Positions 1 to 11,236 of a stretch of DNA of 64,000 nt are shown here, in pieces. The notes beneath the pieces are model-generated. The model had not been told where the DNA came from, did not search any database, and saw only the letters and a program-made list of their open reading frames with translations. This stretch comes from Protoeuglena noctilucae (taxonomy: Eukaryota), in contig OY253668.1 of NCBI GenBank assembly GCA_958009085.1, positions 1,860,001 through 1,924,000 of the forward strand, in the 5' to 3' direction. Each line of letters begins with the position of its first letter. The stretch's first letter is position 1. The translations under genes were made by a program, and so were the position numbers.

Positions 1-204
1 AAGCTGCGGCGCCTGTGCCGCGTGCAGTACCACTACCAGGTGACCCCCGAGGTGGTGCGCGAGCTCAACCAGTCGGGGGCACGGGGGGTGCCGTCCTTTG
101 CAGTGGGGAGCAGCGGGGCTGCGTGGAAGCCGTCTCTCGGGGGCAAGCGGGTGGCGGAGGACGTCAGCAACCTGCCGCCCGTACTCATCATGGAGCGCGA
201 CTAA
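1..204 (+). CDS. 3' end of a hypothetical protein (partial, runs in from window edge)
   Basis: Frame open from base 1 (KLRRLCRVQYHYQVTPEVVRELNQ...LPPVLIMERD*), high GC3, TAA at 202-204; family not recognised. Confidence 0.6.
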   Translation, partial: KLRRLCRVQYHYQVTPEVVRELNQSGARGVPSFAVGSSGAAWKPSLGGKRVAEDVSNLPPVLIMERD

Positions 205-339
205 CAGACACCGTGCTCAGTCTTTGTCTTTGCTGCGCGGCACGATTCAACGTCTCGCTAACGATGCTTGCCGCACCGGCGAGCTACCAGGCAGACACAC
301 GCGTGGGCAGGCGGCCTCTCAAAGGCTGCGACATCGCGT

Positions 340-2777
340 CTACTCCTCGTGGAGGGCGACCTTGAGGGCGTGGGTGACCTTGGTCAGGACGGCGATGATC
401 CGCCCCTTGACCGTCTGGTCCTTGCCCACCTTGATCAGGCCCAGCAGCGCCCAGACGCCCGTGAGGGACTTGGACACGGCCACCACGAGGGCGGTCGTGG
501 ACAGCGTCTTGAACTGCTCCGACATGCAGAAGTGGTCGGTGCTGACCTGCTTGGAGGTGTCCTTGGACATGGGGGCGCCATTGAAGGCGTGGATGAGCAG
601 CTCGAGGTCGGCGCCGCCCTTGGTGTCGTTGACGACGATCTGCTCGAGCGTGCGGGCCACGCTGCGGATCGACGAGCGGGTCTGCAGGGGCGGATATGGA
701 CGGGGGGGTCAGCTTCCGCACCAGTGGGGTGCGCACCTGCATCCTGTTCCTGCCACAGCCCGCTGGTCACTCGCCTGGTACCACGCGTGCAGGGACATGA
801 CGGCCGAGAGTAGGTCGGCGAAGTTCTCGGGGTTCTGGATGGTGGCGAGCGTGAAGGCGATGACCTCGGCCAGGGCGCCGAAGAGCATCAGGGACGCCGA
901 CGAGAGGGCGAGCGACATGGACATGACGAGCTCGGTGATGATGTCGGTCTGGCCGGGCAGGAACTCGAACTTCTTGCGGGCCTCCATCTCCTTGGGGTCG
1001 AAGGTCGGGTCGGCCTTCTCGCCGCAGCAGTCGCGGAACTCGGCCAGCGCCGTGGCGGCCTCGACGGCCTGCGCCACCTTCTGCTCCTGGGACACGCGGC
1101 CGTGGTCGCGGGCACTCTTCTCGTTCTTGGCGCGGATGGTCTTGGACGTCTTGGGGAGGGCGGGCGTGATGAGCTGGTCGACCCACTTGAGGGGGTTGAA
1201 GGCCCACTCGGACGTCAGGGCCTCGTTCGTCTCGGGGAAGAGGTCTGCGCGGGCCGGGCCGGGTGGCAGGGGTGACTCGGCGAGGGATATCGGGGCACGC
1301 CGCAGTACCAACGCTGCCGTGCCGCGCGCCCCACCACTCACCCAGCAGGCGGTCGAGGAGGGCCATGGAGGCGACGATGGCGACGGCCGAGGCGACGTGC
1401 TCGGGGTGCTTGGTCTCCTTGGTCACGCAGACGAGGCGGATGAGGGCGTTCAGGAGCCACGCGGCGCGGAGGTGGAGGTAGAGCTCGTCGAGGCGGGTGA
1501 GGACGCTGAGGACCTTGGCGAAGTCGCAGTCGTGCCACAGGGAGGTCTCGATCTTGCTGAGGTCCATCTTCTTGGCGGAGGAGAGCTTCTCGCGGGGGTT
1601 CTCGTCCTTGAAGTGCTCCTTACCGTCCTTGGTCTTGCCAAAGCGGTCCGCGGAGCTCGAGCAGATGTAGGCGAGGCCGAGGAAGTTGATGGCGTCGGTC
1701 ACGGCGAGGATGATCTCGTCGTAGTTGATCTTGGGGCCGCTGCCGGGGTTGTTGAGGTGCTCGAGGTACGAGATGACGCCCGAGAAGAGCACCGCCGCCA
1801 CCGCGATGTAGTACATCACGGAGCACTGGGACAGCGCGTCCCTGACCGCGTAGATGTGCGCGATCTCATTCTTGGTGAAGAGGATGTAGCGCTGGGAGTT
1901 GAGCTCCGACTTGAAGATGGTCTTGAAGTCTTGCTGCGGGGGCAAGGGCAGTTCGTCGGAAGCGGCGCATTTCGAGATCGACCGCCGCCAACCGGCGTCA
2001 AGTTCGAAACGTGGCACGGGACCGCTGCGTGGGGGCCCGGAGGCGAGCCACGCGCGAGCAAGGGACGGCCAGCTTGGCCCAGGGCGCGAGGGCGAGCGCG
2101 ACGCATCCCCGCGGTCCGGGACACGGCAAGACAGCCCCCGCACTCGTTCGCTAGCGACAAAACTCGACTGCGCGGCCGGGGAGGGCTGAGGACCGCAAAC
2201 GCCCCCGCACACCCAGCCCGGGCCCCGGCGAGACCCGGGGCGTTGAGCAAGCCCTCCAAGCACCGCCACACCAGGAGAAGCGAAAAAAATCTCCGATGGC
2301 AGGCCGGAGCCGGAAGCCACGCGGCGGGCGCCGCGATCGAGCGAGGAGAAACCAGCCCTCCCGCGCAAACCTCGCCGGGCGGCCGCGAGCGATCGCCCTG
2401 CCGCGCAGCGGACGCGGTGCCGCAAGCTAGAGCGAGGGGCCCACGAGGCCGGGCGATCGCGCGCCCGAAGCGGCCGGTCAAGGCATGTCGCCTGCCGTCC
2501 AGATGCGCGGCGATCCAAGGCTCCACAGGGCAGCGCCGGGCTTGCAGGACATCGCATGCGCATCAACAGTGGACAGGGAGGACGCGCGGGGGCGCGGGGG
2601 CGGCGGCGGGGCCGGGATCTCGCCCGGCCAGGGCTGACGACCCAACTGCCCCGGGGCCCGACCCGCGCGCCCCGCCGCGGCTGGGCCACGACACCTGGGC
2701 TGTGTCGACGTAAACAGGAGGCAGGCGCAGCGGGAGCTCACCGGAGCGGGCTGCTCCTTCTGGCCCCAGCAGCTCAT
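340..2777 (-). CDS. Hypothetical multi-pass membrane protein with two internal repeats
   Basis: Exons approx 1935-1341, 1243-775 and 682-340 splice in frame, with strong GC3 and several hydrophobic helices. Probable first exon MSCWGQKEQPAP at 2777-2742 followed by a GTGAGC donor (start uncertain). Confidence 0.7.
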
Positions 2778-3066
2778 GGTGCGAGGCGGAACTCGGGGCG
2801 CTTGTGACGCGGTGCTCCGATCAGGAACCGAGGACGGACCAACTGCCGCGATCCGCGACTACTTTGGGCGTAGGGGGCCGGGGCGGAGCCTGAAGAGCCG
2901 CTAACAACCGCGAAACGCCAGACCTGGCAGTTTTGCAAGCTCCCGCTTGAGACTCGACGCTCGAGCTGCTCTGCCCCAGAAACACGCCGTGCGGGCGTAT
3001 GATGGAACCGCGGAGACATCGGCTCCGTCCCTGCGCCCTAGGACCGGCTGCAGCAGCCTCGTCGCG

Positions 3067-3976
3067 ATGCCGAAGAGTTTGTGTCACCACCGACTGGCCA
3101 AGGAGCTCAAGGTGACAGTCGCCCAGCTGCAGAAAGTGCCGTGAAGCAGCAGCGCCTGCGGGGGGGCACCGAGCCCCACTGCTGCGCGTGCCCACCCTCG
3201 CAGGACTTCGCCCGTGACGCGCACCCTGGCGTGTTCGCTGCCCCGAACCCCGACAACATCCTCGAGTGGCATTACGTCTTCGTCATCACGAACGATCCGT
3301 CTTCGCTGTTCTACGGCGGGGTTTACTATGGACGTGAGACCCCGCTCACGCTGAGGCCCTGTTGCTCCCTGCGCCACCCCGTGCCGCGCCCGGGGGTGTC
3401 GACTGCGTACCTGTTGACGCCCTCTCCTTCTCAGAGCTTCGTTTCACGGATGAGTACCCCAACAAGCCGCCCAGCGTGCGGATGGTGACACCCTCGGGTC
3501 GCTTCGAGCCGAGCAAGGATATCTGCATGTTGCTGACGAACTTCCACCCGGAGAGCTGGAACCCGAGCTGGAAGGCCGCCTCCATCCTCACTGGCCTGCT
3601 GAGCTTCATGCACGACACGGCCGTCTCGACGGGCTCATTGTCGCCGGACCCCGCCACGTGCCGCCGCCTGGCTGCCGAGAGCCTGGACTGGAACGTGGCG
3701 CGGTGTCCGCGCTTCCGCGAGCTCTTCCAGGAGAGGATACCCGGCTGGCGCGACGAGTGCGCCAAGTGTGCGAGCGGCCCGAGCACGTCGGGCGCGGGGG
3801 AGCAGAGCACGCCTGCACCGGCGGCCACACCGGCAAAGGTGCCTGAGGAGCGCCATGGCGCGCGCCTTGCAACATGGGCCATGCACGGGTCGGCCCAACG
3901 AGCTCTGGCTGCGGTGGCCGCCGCAGTAGTGGCGATGGGCGCGGCGTGGCTCTGGAGATGGCGTTGGGCCGAGTAG
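3067..3976 (+). CDS. UBC6: ER tail-anchored ubiquitin-conjugating enzyme E2 (UBC6/UBE2J2 family)
   Basis: 3 exons: MPKSLCHHRLAKELK / PNPDNILEWHYVF...GGVYYG / YPNKPPSVRMVTPSGRFEPSKDICMLLTNFHPESWNPSW...ILTGLLSFM. Active Cys intact; C-terminal hydrophobic anchor. Confidence 0.93.
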
Positions 3977-4459
3977 TGCCAGTCCGATTCTGGCTGGCGT
4001 TTCGAGGGACTTGCTCTCCTGCACTCGTCTAGGACAGAGCCGTATCATTTGGCGTCCATTTGCTGATTCCCAGGCCGTGAGACGAGCACCGCTGCTTGCG
4101 GAGTGAATTCGCCGGTCTGCGGATGGTGTGGTAGACGATTCGCAAGCAATGCGTGTATGTGCCAAGTGAGACGTAACAGACCCACGAGACACGTGATAGG
4201 CTGCTCGACGAGCGAGCCGCGGTTAGACCTGGGTCCCGAGCGCGCATGTCGGACGGTCAGGCCCTGCACGACCGCGAGGGTCAGGCGTTCACAAGAGACC
4301 TGCGGCCGCGCCGTCAGCGCGTCAAGAGAATTGGCAGGCAGCCCGATCTAGTAAAAGATGTGAGCGTGTGGAGCTCGTGGTCAACGCATCCGCCCTCGCT
4401 CCATTTTCGCTGCATTGCCCTGCGCGCGAGACCCGCCGCGCACCCCAGCGCGTCTGTTG

Positions 4460-6277
4460 ATGAGTGAAGAGACCTCCGAGTCCCCGGCGGAGGCAACGGC
4501 GCCCGCCCAGGTCGGGAGGGGGCGCATTTGAGAGGACCCTCAGCAGCACGCCGGGCTCGAAGCCGTGCAGGCCTCACTCGACGCCCATGTAACCTATGAG
4601 TGCAGGCGGAGATACCGGACTTTGTGCAGGAGCGGCGCCAGCTGAGCGATGCCGACCTGGTGCTGCTGCGGAAGCACTGCCCCGTGGCCTATTTCCACAA
4701 GGTGCGCCACGCCCGAGCCCAAAAAGCTCGCTCGCTTCGAGATTTTTTGATCATCAATCGATCGCGTCCCACCGGCCGCACCCCCAGTGCGAGCGTATGC
4801 GGCCCTGCACGGTGGGCCAGTACATCTCCCAATGCATGCTCTACAGCGAGAGAGACGGGCGCGTGCTCCTCCCCGCCATTTCCGAGGACGGCCGGGAGCT
4901 TTTGGAGCTGGCCCGCGCGTCCGGGGGATACGTGCGCGAAGGCGTGCTGCGGTGAGTCGTCGCCGAGGGTCAAGACCGCAGATGGCACGACACGCTGCGC
5001 TATCATGCGTCTCGGCCCAGCGTGCGCATCGCAGGTACCACGGGCCGGGCCTGGCGCGCCTGCGAGACCGCGAGATCGAGGACGTGCCGTTCTACGGCAA
5101 CGTCGTGCGGACGTCCGTGGGTGGCGTTGATGTCGCGTCCCTGCAGTACCTCATGCTCTATCCCGTCAACTACGGCTACCGGTGAGCGGCGCCATATGCG
5201 TGGATGGCCCTAGCAACCCGCGCTCGTTTGCTTGTTGGCCGACGGCGACGCACACCTCGGCCCGCCCTTTGCCTTTGTGTAGGTGTTGCTGCTGCTGCTG
5301 GGTGGGTTGGCACGATGCCGACTGGGAGCAGTGCCGCGTGGTCATCAGCGAGCGCACGGGCAAGGTCCTCGCCGTGTCCTTCCGTGCCCACGACAGCGAC
5401 CAGGGCCAATGGGCCACGGCACGCGGTGAGAGCGCTCAGCGCCCTCAGACCCAGCCAAAATGGGGTTCTACTAAGAGGCTGAGGGAGAGGGTTGCAGATG
5501 CGCCAGGGACCATCCAAGGCTGCGTGCATGGCACCCTTACAAGCGCGGACGCTCCCACGCCTTGCGAGCCGCCCTTCGTAGCCCCCTCTCTCTGCGACTG
5601 CACGACCGCACATTCCATCGCTCACCTCGCCCGCCTCGCCTCTCAGAGTGCGAGTTTTACGACGAGGAGCGCTGCCGGCCCGTGGTGTACGTCACCCCCG
5701 GGTCGCACGGCGTGTACCGCACCCCGCACTTCCTCTTGCGCATCTTCGGGGCAGCCAACGAGCGGCTGGGAAAGCACATCCCGTGGAACGCACGGTCGAG
5801 GCGGGTAGAGCCCCTCCCCGAAGTCTGCTTCCGCTTTCGGGGGTGGTTCGGGTGAGCCAGTGGGCGTGCCGGTTTCACGCACTGCCCGTGCTGGCAGTCC
5901 GCACTGGGGCGGGTGGATGAGTTATTGGAGCGCGCAACGCCGTAGCGAACGATGGGATGGGGTGCGACATCCGCTGCCGTACCTCACCTTGCATGCCGGC
6001 CTGACCTTGCACATCGCCATACCTCACCTGCTGTCGTGCCTGTGGCGGTCGCAGGCCCTGCTGCTCTAACCCCGCCTTCCGTTACGAGTTTAACACCCTG
6101 GGCCCCACGGGCCACATCACGGGGCTGCAGCGCTTCTTCTACCCCCTCTCGGCACCCTTCGTGCGACAGGTCGACCTGGCGAGGCTCATCAAGCGGGGCG
6201 GGGAGGTCGAGGTGACGGGGGACGGCAGCCACGGGGAGAACGGGCAGCCGGCACGGGACGCACCGAACCGGGTCTGA
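4460..6277 (+). CDS. Vps62-like (DUF946-type) protein
   Basis: Spliced motifs LLRKHCPVAYFH..E...P, LQYLMLYPVN, GWHDADWEQCRV, RPVVYVTPGSHGVY, FRFRGWFG typical of the Vps62 C-terminal domain. TGA at 6275-6277; start inferred. Confidence 0.75.
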
Positions 6278-6640
6278 TGCCTGGCGGGGCGAACAGCTGG
6301 TGCAGGAGGTGGTTATGGGACGGGCCCCGCTCGTCTACTTGGTGCTTGTCCGTGGCGACAATTGGTGCATGAGGGTGGCCGTGAGGAAGGCCATTGAGGT
6401 AGTGCTTGTCTGTGCACTCTTTGAACGCCGCAGTGAATGCGGCGGAGTGTAGGCGTGGCAAGGGCTGCAAACGGTCGCTTACTAGGAGCTGGGCGGTGGT
6501 TACGAGGCCCAGCCCAGGATAGGTGAAGGCACGACAGGCAGAGGGCGGCTAGTGGAAAGGGCCGCAGCGGAACCAAAGGCGACAAACGCGGACGGCACCC
6601 ACACTTCGAAACAACAACACATCGTCATCGCCCCGGCCCC

Positions 6641-9600
6641 TCACGACAGCTCTCCCTCCTCCCCCTGCCTCGCGCCGTTCCGCGCTGCCGCCCCGCCGCT
6701 GGCCAGGTCCCTTGCCAGCTCCTTCGCCACGTGCTCGGCGTCCGCCACCTCTGGCAGCACCACCACGTCAGAATCCCCGGTGTCAGACGCGCCTCCCTCC
6801 CACGTCAGATGGGGCCTGTCTGACGTGTCGCCGTCCTCCGCGTAACCCCCGGCGCCACCCGCTGCGTTGCTCCCGGCCTCGGCAGGCCCACCGTGGCCGT
6901 TGGGCCCCGCCACCGCCTGGCCCCCCCGCCCCGACGCCGCCCAGTACTGAGTCAGGTTGCGGTCGTGTGCGAGCGACTGGGTCGGCGACCTGCACGGGCA
7001 AGGCACAGAGGATCAATCATCAGCAGGCCTGCGAGGCGAGGGGCACCGGCGCAGCAACGGTACAGCCGCCGATTGTCGCGTGCATGTGCGCCGTCACCGG
7101 AAGTAGTTGAAGGGGGTGTATCGCAGGAAGTTGGACACGCGCGACGTGTAGATGTCGGCGTACTTCTCGATCTGTCGCGCCAGCTGACTCTGCGAGGACA
7201 CCAGGGGCAGTCGGCGGCAGCGTGTCGTGATGGCAAGAGCGCTCTCGCTCTGAGCTGCATGTTGCGGCACGTGACTCGTGGCAACACCGCTCTCTGCACA
7301 CGCATCCATCCCGCATCCGCTCCTCGCCTTGTCGTTCAGACCCGCCCGCGACAGGTACCCCCACTTGCGGCTGAAGTGCTCGCCGTCGGCCTGCATCATG
7401 GGCGCAATGCGCGCATCCAATGACTCCATCAACAGCAGGAACTGCGCCAGCGTGTCGTTGATCTGCTTGTCCTCCTCTGGGCTCAGACGCCGCCCGTCGC
7501 CCCCCGTCAGCTTCCTCTGCTTGAACAGCCGGATCTGGTTGAACACGTCCCCCAGCAATTCCTTGTTGTTCATCAACTCCTTAAGCCTGCGACGGTGCTC
7601 GCGGCCCCGCGCCAGCGCCTCGATCTGCAGGACGAGGAATTGAAGACACCGTCACGACACACGGCCGTAATGACGTGTGACGAGACCTCATGCCACGCCA
7701 CGCAGACAGTGCCACCTGCTGCCATCCAGTCATAACCCACCCCACCATGCCATGCCTTCCATCTCCCCCCCACTTGTCGCCCCCGCCCTCACCTCCTCCT
7801 CCAGCTCCCTGATGATGAGCGCCGTCCGCCAGCGCATGTTGAGCTTGGCCAAGGCGTTGTCCGTGTAAATGTGGTCCCCCACGTACATAATGTCGTCCCC
7901 ACGCAGGCCCAGGTACTCCTCCACCATGCGCGCCGAGCCACCGCAGAAGACACGGCCACGCACCAGCCGGTGCTCCGGCACGGAGTTTCTGGCAACTGCG
8001 CCCCCGCTGCTCCCGGCCGGCTGCAGCCCCGCGGGGCTCATCCCCATCACGGGCCGCATGAGGCCGTCCTCCGTGACGATTTGGAAGAGCGGGGAATTTT
8101 CCTTGAAAAACACCGGCTTGCGCGCCTGGACGATGATCAAGTCAAACAGGTCGCGGTACGTCATGCCCTGAGTGGAAAGGACAGCAGAGGGAGAGGGGTG
8201 GGACATGCAGACGGAGGCTGCGAGGGACATGGGTCATACGCTACGCGCATGCCCCAGCCCTCTTCACACCACAGCCAGTGCCTCCGGCACAGCCCACATG
8301 CCCTCTTCACACGACACCACCCCCCACACGCCAGCCCTGTCAAATCACCTCGGGCAGGTAACGATCGTAGGCGAAGGACATGAGCTTGTCCGTATAGGCA
8401 AAGTCCGAGTTGGTGATGAGGAGGAGCTTCTTGCCCGCGCCCTTCTGGTCCAGCAGCGTCAGTGCCAACTCCGGATCCAATACCACGAACTTCTCCGGCT
8501 CGTCCATAATCTCCTGCTTCAGCTGGCTCTCCACGTGCGCGTTGAACAGCGCCCTGCGTGGGAGACATAAGCGTGGGTGGATGGGTGCACAAGGGTGTGA
8601 GTCGGACAGCGCTTTGCGAGGGAGGCGTGGGTGTGGGTTGAAGAGAGAGTTTCGGAGAGAGGTAGAGAGCGGGTGGATGATGGCGAGGGTGAGCGTTCGG
8701 GCCACCCTTGCGTGACCCGGCAAAGCGAGGGTCGTAACGGTGTGCATTAACCGCGGGGAAAATCCCAAGCCCCGCGCTGCTGCGCCTCGCTCACCTCCCG
8801 ACGAGCGTGGCGAGTCCCTCGTAGCTCAGGTACTGCGGGCTGAGCTGCCCCAGGCAGCCCTCATCCAGCCGCTGCACGAGCTGCTGGTAGATGACCGCCT
8901 CAGACACGCTGAAGAGGGTGTTGAGGAATTCGTATCGATCCTCATTGCGGAGATTGACGTACTCGCGGCCGTAGACAGCATGGATGTCGGCGGGGGACAT
9001 CATACGGCCCCCGTGCATGGCGCGCTTGACCAGCCCAAACCTATCGACCTTGATGAGGTTGCCCAGGTGCTTGTCGACGATAAGGCCGCGGATGACCATC
9101 TCGGGATCGAACTCGAGACCCTCCGTGTTGACGCCCTGGGCCCTGGGGGCGCAAAGCATGGCACGAGGGTTGTGGTGCAGGGTTGTGCCAAAGTGGCCCG
9201 TGCTCGCTTGTCGCCTGCAACCTGCACCGCACCTAAGCCATCGGACTGAGTAGTCGTAGGCGCGCCCCTCCCACCGATTGACGTCGTACTGCAGCAGCGT
9301 GTAGTCCATGTCGTAGCCAATCGCCCGGATCGACCGAAGGTTGAGCGTGCGGGAGCAGTACACTCCCCGGTGGGGCGTGCCCCCAGGGTACGTGGGCGTC
9401 ACGCCGAGCTCGTGGAGCATGGCGTTCACGCGCTCCTTCAGTTGGGCGTGGCTCATACCCAGCAGCTCGTCACGCGTCGACGCCCCCAGCGCCTTCACCA
9501 CACCCTCCGTGCTGATGATCTGCACCAGCGCCAAATCCCCAAACGTCGTCTCTGCACGAGGGAAAGGATGGGGGCGCAGGTCGGCGATGAGGTCGAGCAT

Positions 9601-9836
9601 CGCGGATAGTAACAGCGATAATTGCGAGCAGGCGCACCTCCGAGGTAATCCACCGCCACGTCCCGCTCGTCGTCGACCTGCTCGAACAGAGGCGTGTCCC
9701 ACATGCCGCCGTCCGCAGGCCGCCAGTCCGCCGATTTCGCGCGGCAAACGAGCCCTGTGCGCGCTGTGCGCGGGGGCGGCGCGGCGCGGCGCGCGGCCGG
9801 CGCTCGCGGGGCCCGGGCGGCTAGCGTGATCGCCAT
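6641..9836 (-). CDS. HAD-superfamily subfamily IG 5'-nucleotidase (cN-II-like), plastid-targeted
   Basis: CSRTLNLRSIRAIGYDMDYTL (motif I), LLITNSD, ARKP, YVGDHIYTD, WRTALI, YADIYTSRVSNF. Ala/Arg-rich transit peptide MAITLAARAPRAP. Confidence 0.93.
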
Positions 9837-10310
9837 CGCGGCCGCGTCCGGTCTCTGCGACGAAAGGGCGCGCGAACCGATTGGCTGGACGCGCCCCGGC
9901 GGGCCGCGGGCATGCCGAGTGCGTCTGGGTTTTCGCAAGGGTATCTACGGCCTGAGAGGATGGGGGCCGCATCGCCAGCATGCGCATTACGCGAGAGGTT
10001 CTGCAAGCGTGATGCGCAAGCTCTGAACGGGCACCAAGGGCGCACATCGGGCTGGCCAGCCACACACCTAACGGCAAGCGATGGGGATCCCGCCACCCTG
10101 CGCCTCCTTGGCCTGATGACGTTGACACACCGCGTGAAAATGGCACTGCACTCACGACGGCCGACAGCGACACAACGATCAGAGTCTCCTGCCAGCCAAA
10201 ACCCGCCGTCTTGCAGCGAAGTTTCACTGGCAATTTTCACCGCCGCGTTCATTCGATTTGCTTGCGCAGCTGGCCGGCAGTTCGTCTGTTCGCACATGTG
10301 TCTCATCGGG

Positions 10311-11009
10311 ATGGCAAGCATAGGGCAGCTCGCACCTCCCGCGAGCCGGGTGGCCACAATTGCCTGGCCACCGTGCGCACATCGGCCCTGGAGCCACGCC
10401 CGGCCGCGCCTTGTTCGTGTGCAAGCAGCAGGTGCGCATGTGAAGACGGCATGAGTGCCCGCTACACACGCCAAAGCAGTAGGCTCCATCAGGCTCGGTC
10501 TTTTCCGCCCAGGGGATGATGACACTTGTCGCGATTCACCGGCGGGCCCCTTGACGCGCGTGACGCTCCGCCGGCCTCTCGGCATCGTGTTCGGGGAGCG
10601 CGGGAAGGGTGGCGCTGTGGTGGTGGAGGAGGTCGCGTCGGGGGGCAACGCGGCGCGGTCGGGGAAGGTGGAGGTGGGCGATGAGCTCGTGCGCTGCTCG
10701 GCGTACGTGCTCAAGTCCGGGACGGACGCGCCTCGGGAGGGATACGGTGACCGGCCGTACGACAACTGGGAGCAGACGATGTTCGACTGCCGGGGCGTCG
10801 ACTTCAAGACAGGTGTGGTGGGAGCGGGAGAGGCAGGCGATGCAAACTTGGCACCGTGCCCTCGTCAGCGACCGTGCACGCGAGTCGCCATCGCTCCCTC
10901 CTCGCACGCAGTCATGGTGGCGCTCGAGAGCAACAACCCGCGCTGGGGCATCACCCAGATCACCTTGGAGCTGCAGCGCGGATCGGGAGCGGCGCAGGAG
11001 ACCAGCTGA
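10311..11009 (+). CDS. Plastid-targeted PDZ-domain protein
   Basis: Transit peptide MASIGQLAPPASRV...VRVQAA, then RVTLRRPLGIVFGE...VVVEEVASGGNAARSGKVEVGDEL (PDZ signature); 2 introns. Confidence 0.78.
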
Positions 11010-11236
11010 CAGTTGCTTGAACAATTGGCGGACACAGCAGCCCAGAAACATCGCCAAGAGAGCGCTGCTCGCGTCTCGCACAGCACCGTGCTGCCAGGCT
11101 TGCCGGCCAAGCTAGGCCAAACGTAGGCTATGGTATCTCGCACGCACTCGCCAACCTGTCCGACAAAGGAATGGACGCGAGCCACCCTGTTCGACTCTCA
11201 TCGGCATCAGGCACCGCCCCGCTCGCTGGGAGCAGC

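Noticed and set aside
98..2713. 871-aa + strand ORF and many other long Arg/Pro/Ala-rich ORFs
   Set aside because: Antisense or off-frame shadows of real GC3-rich exons, expected at this GC content.
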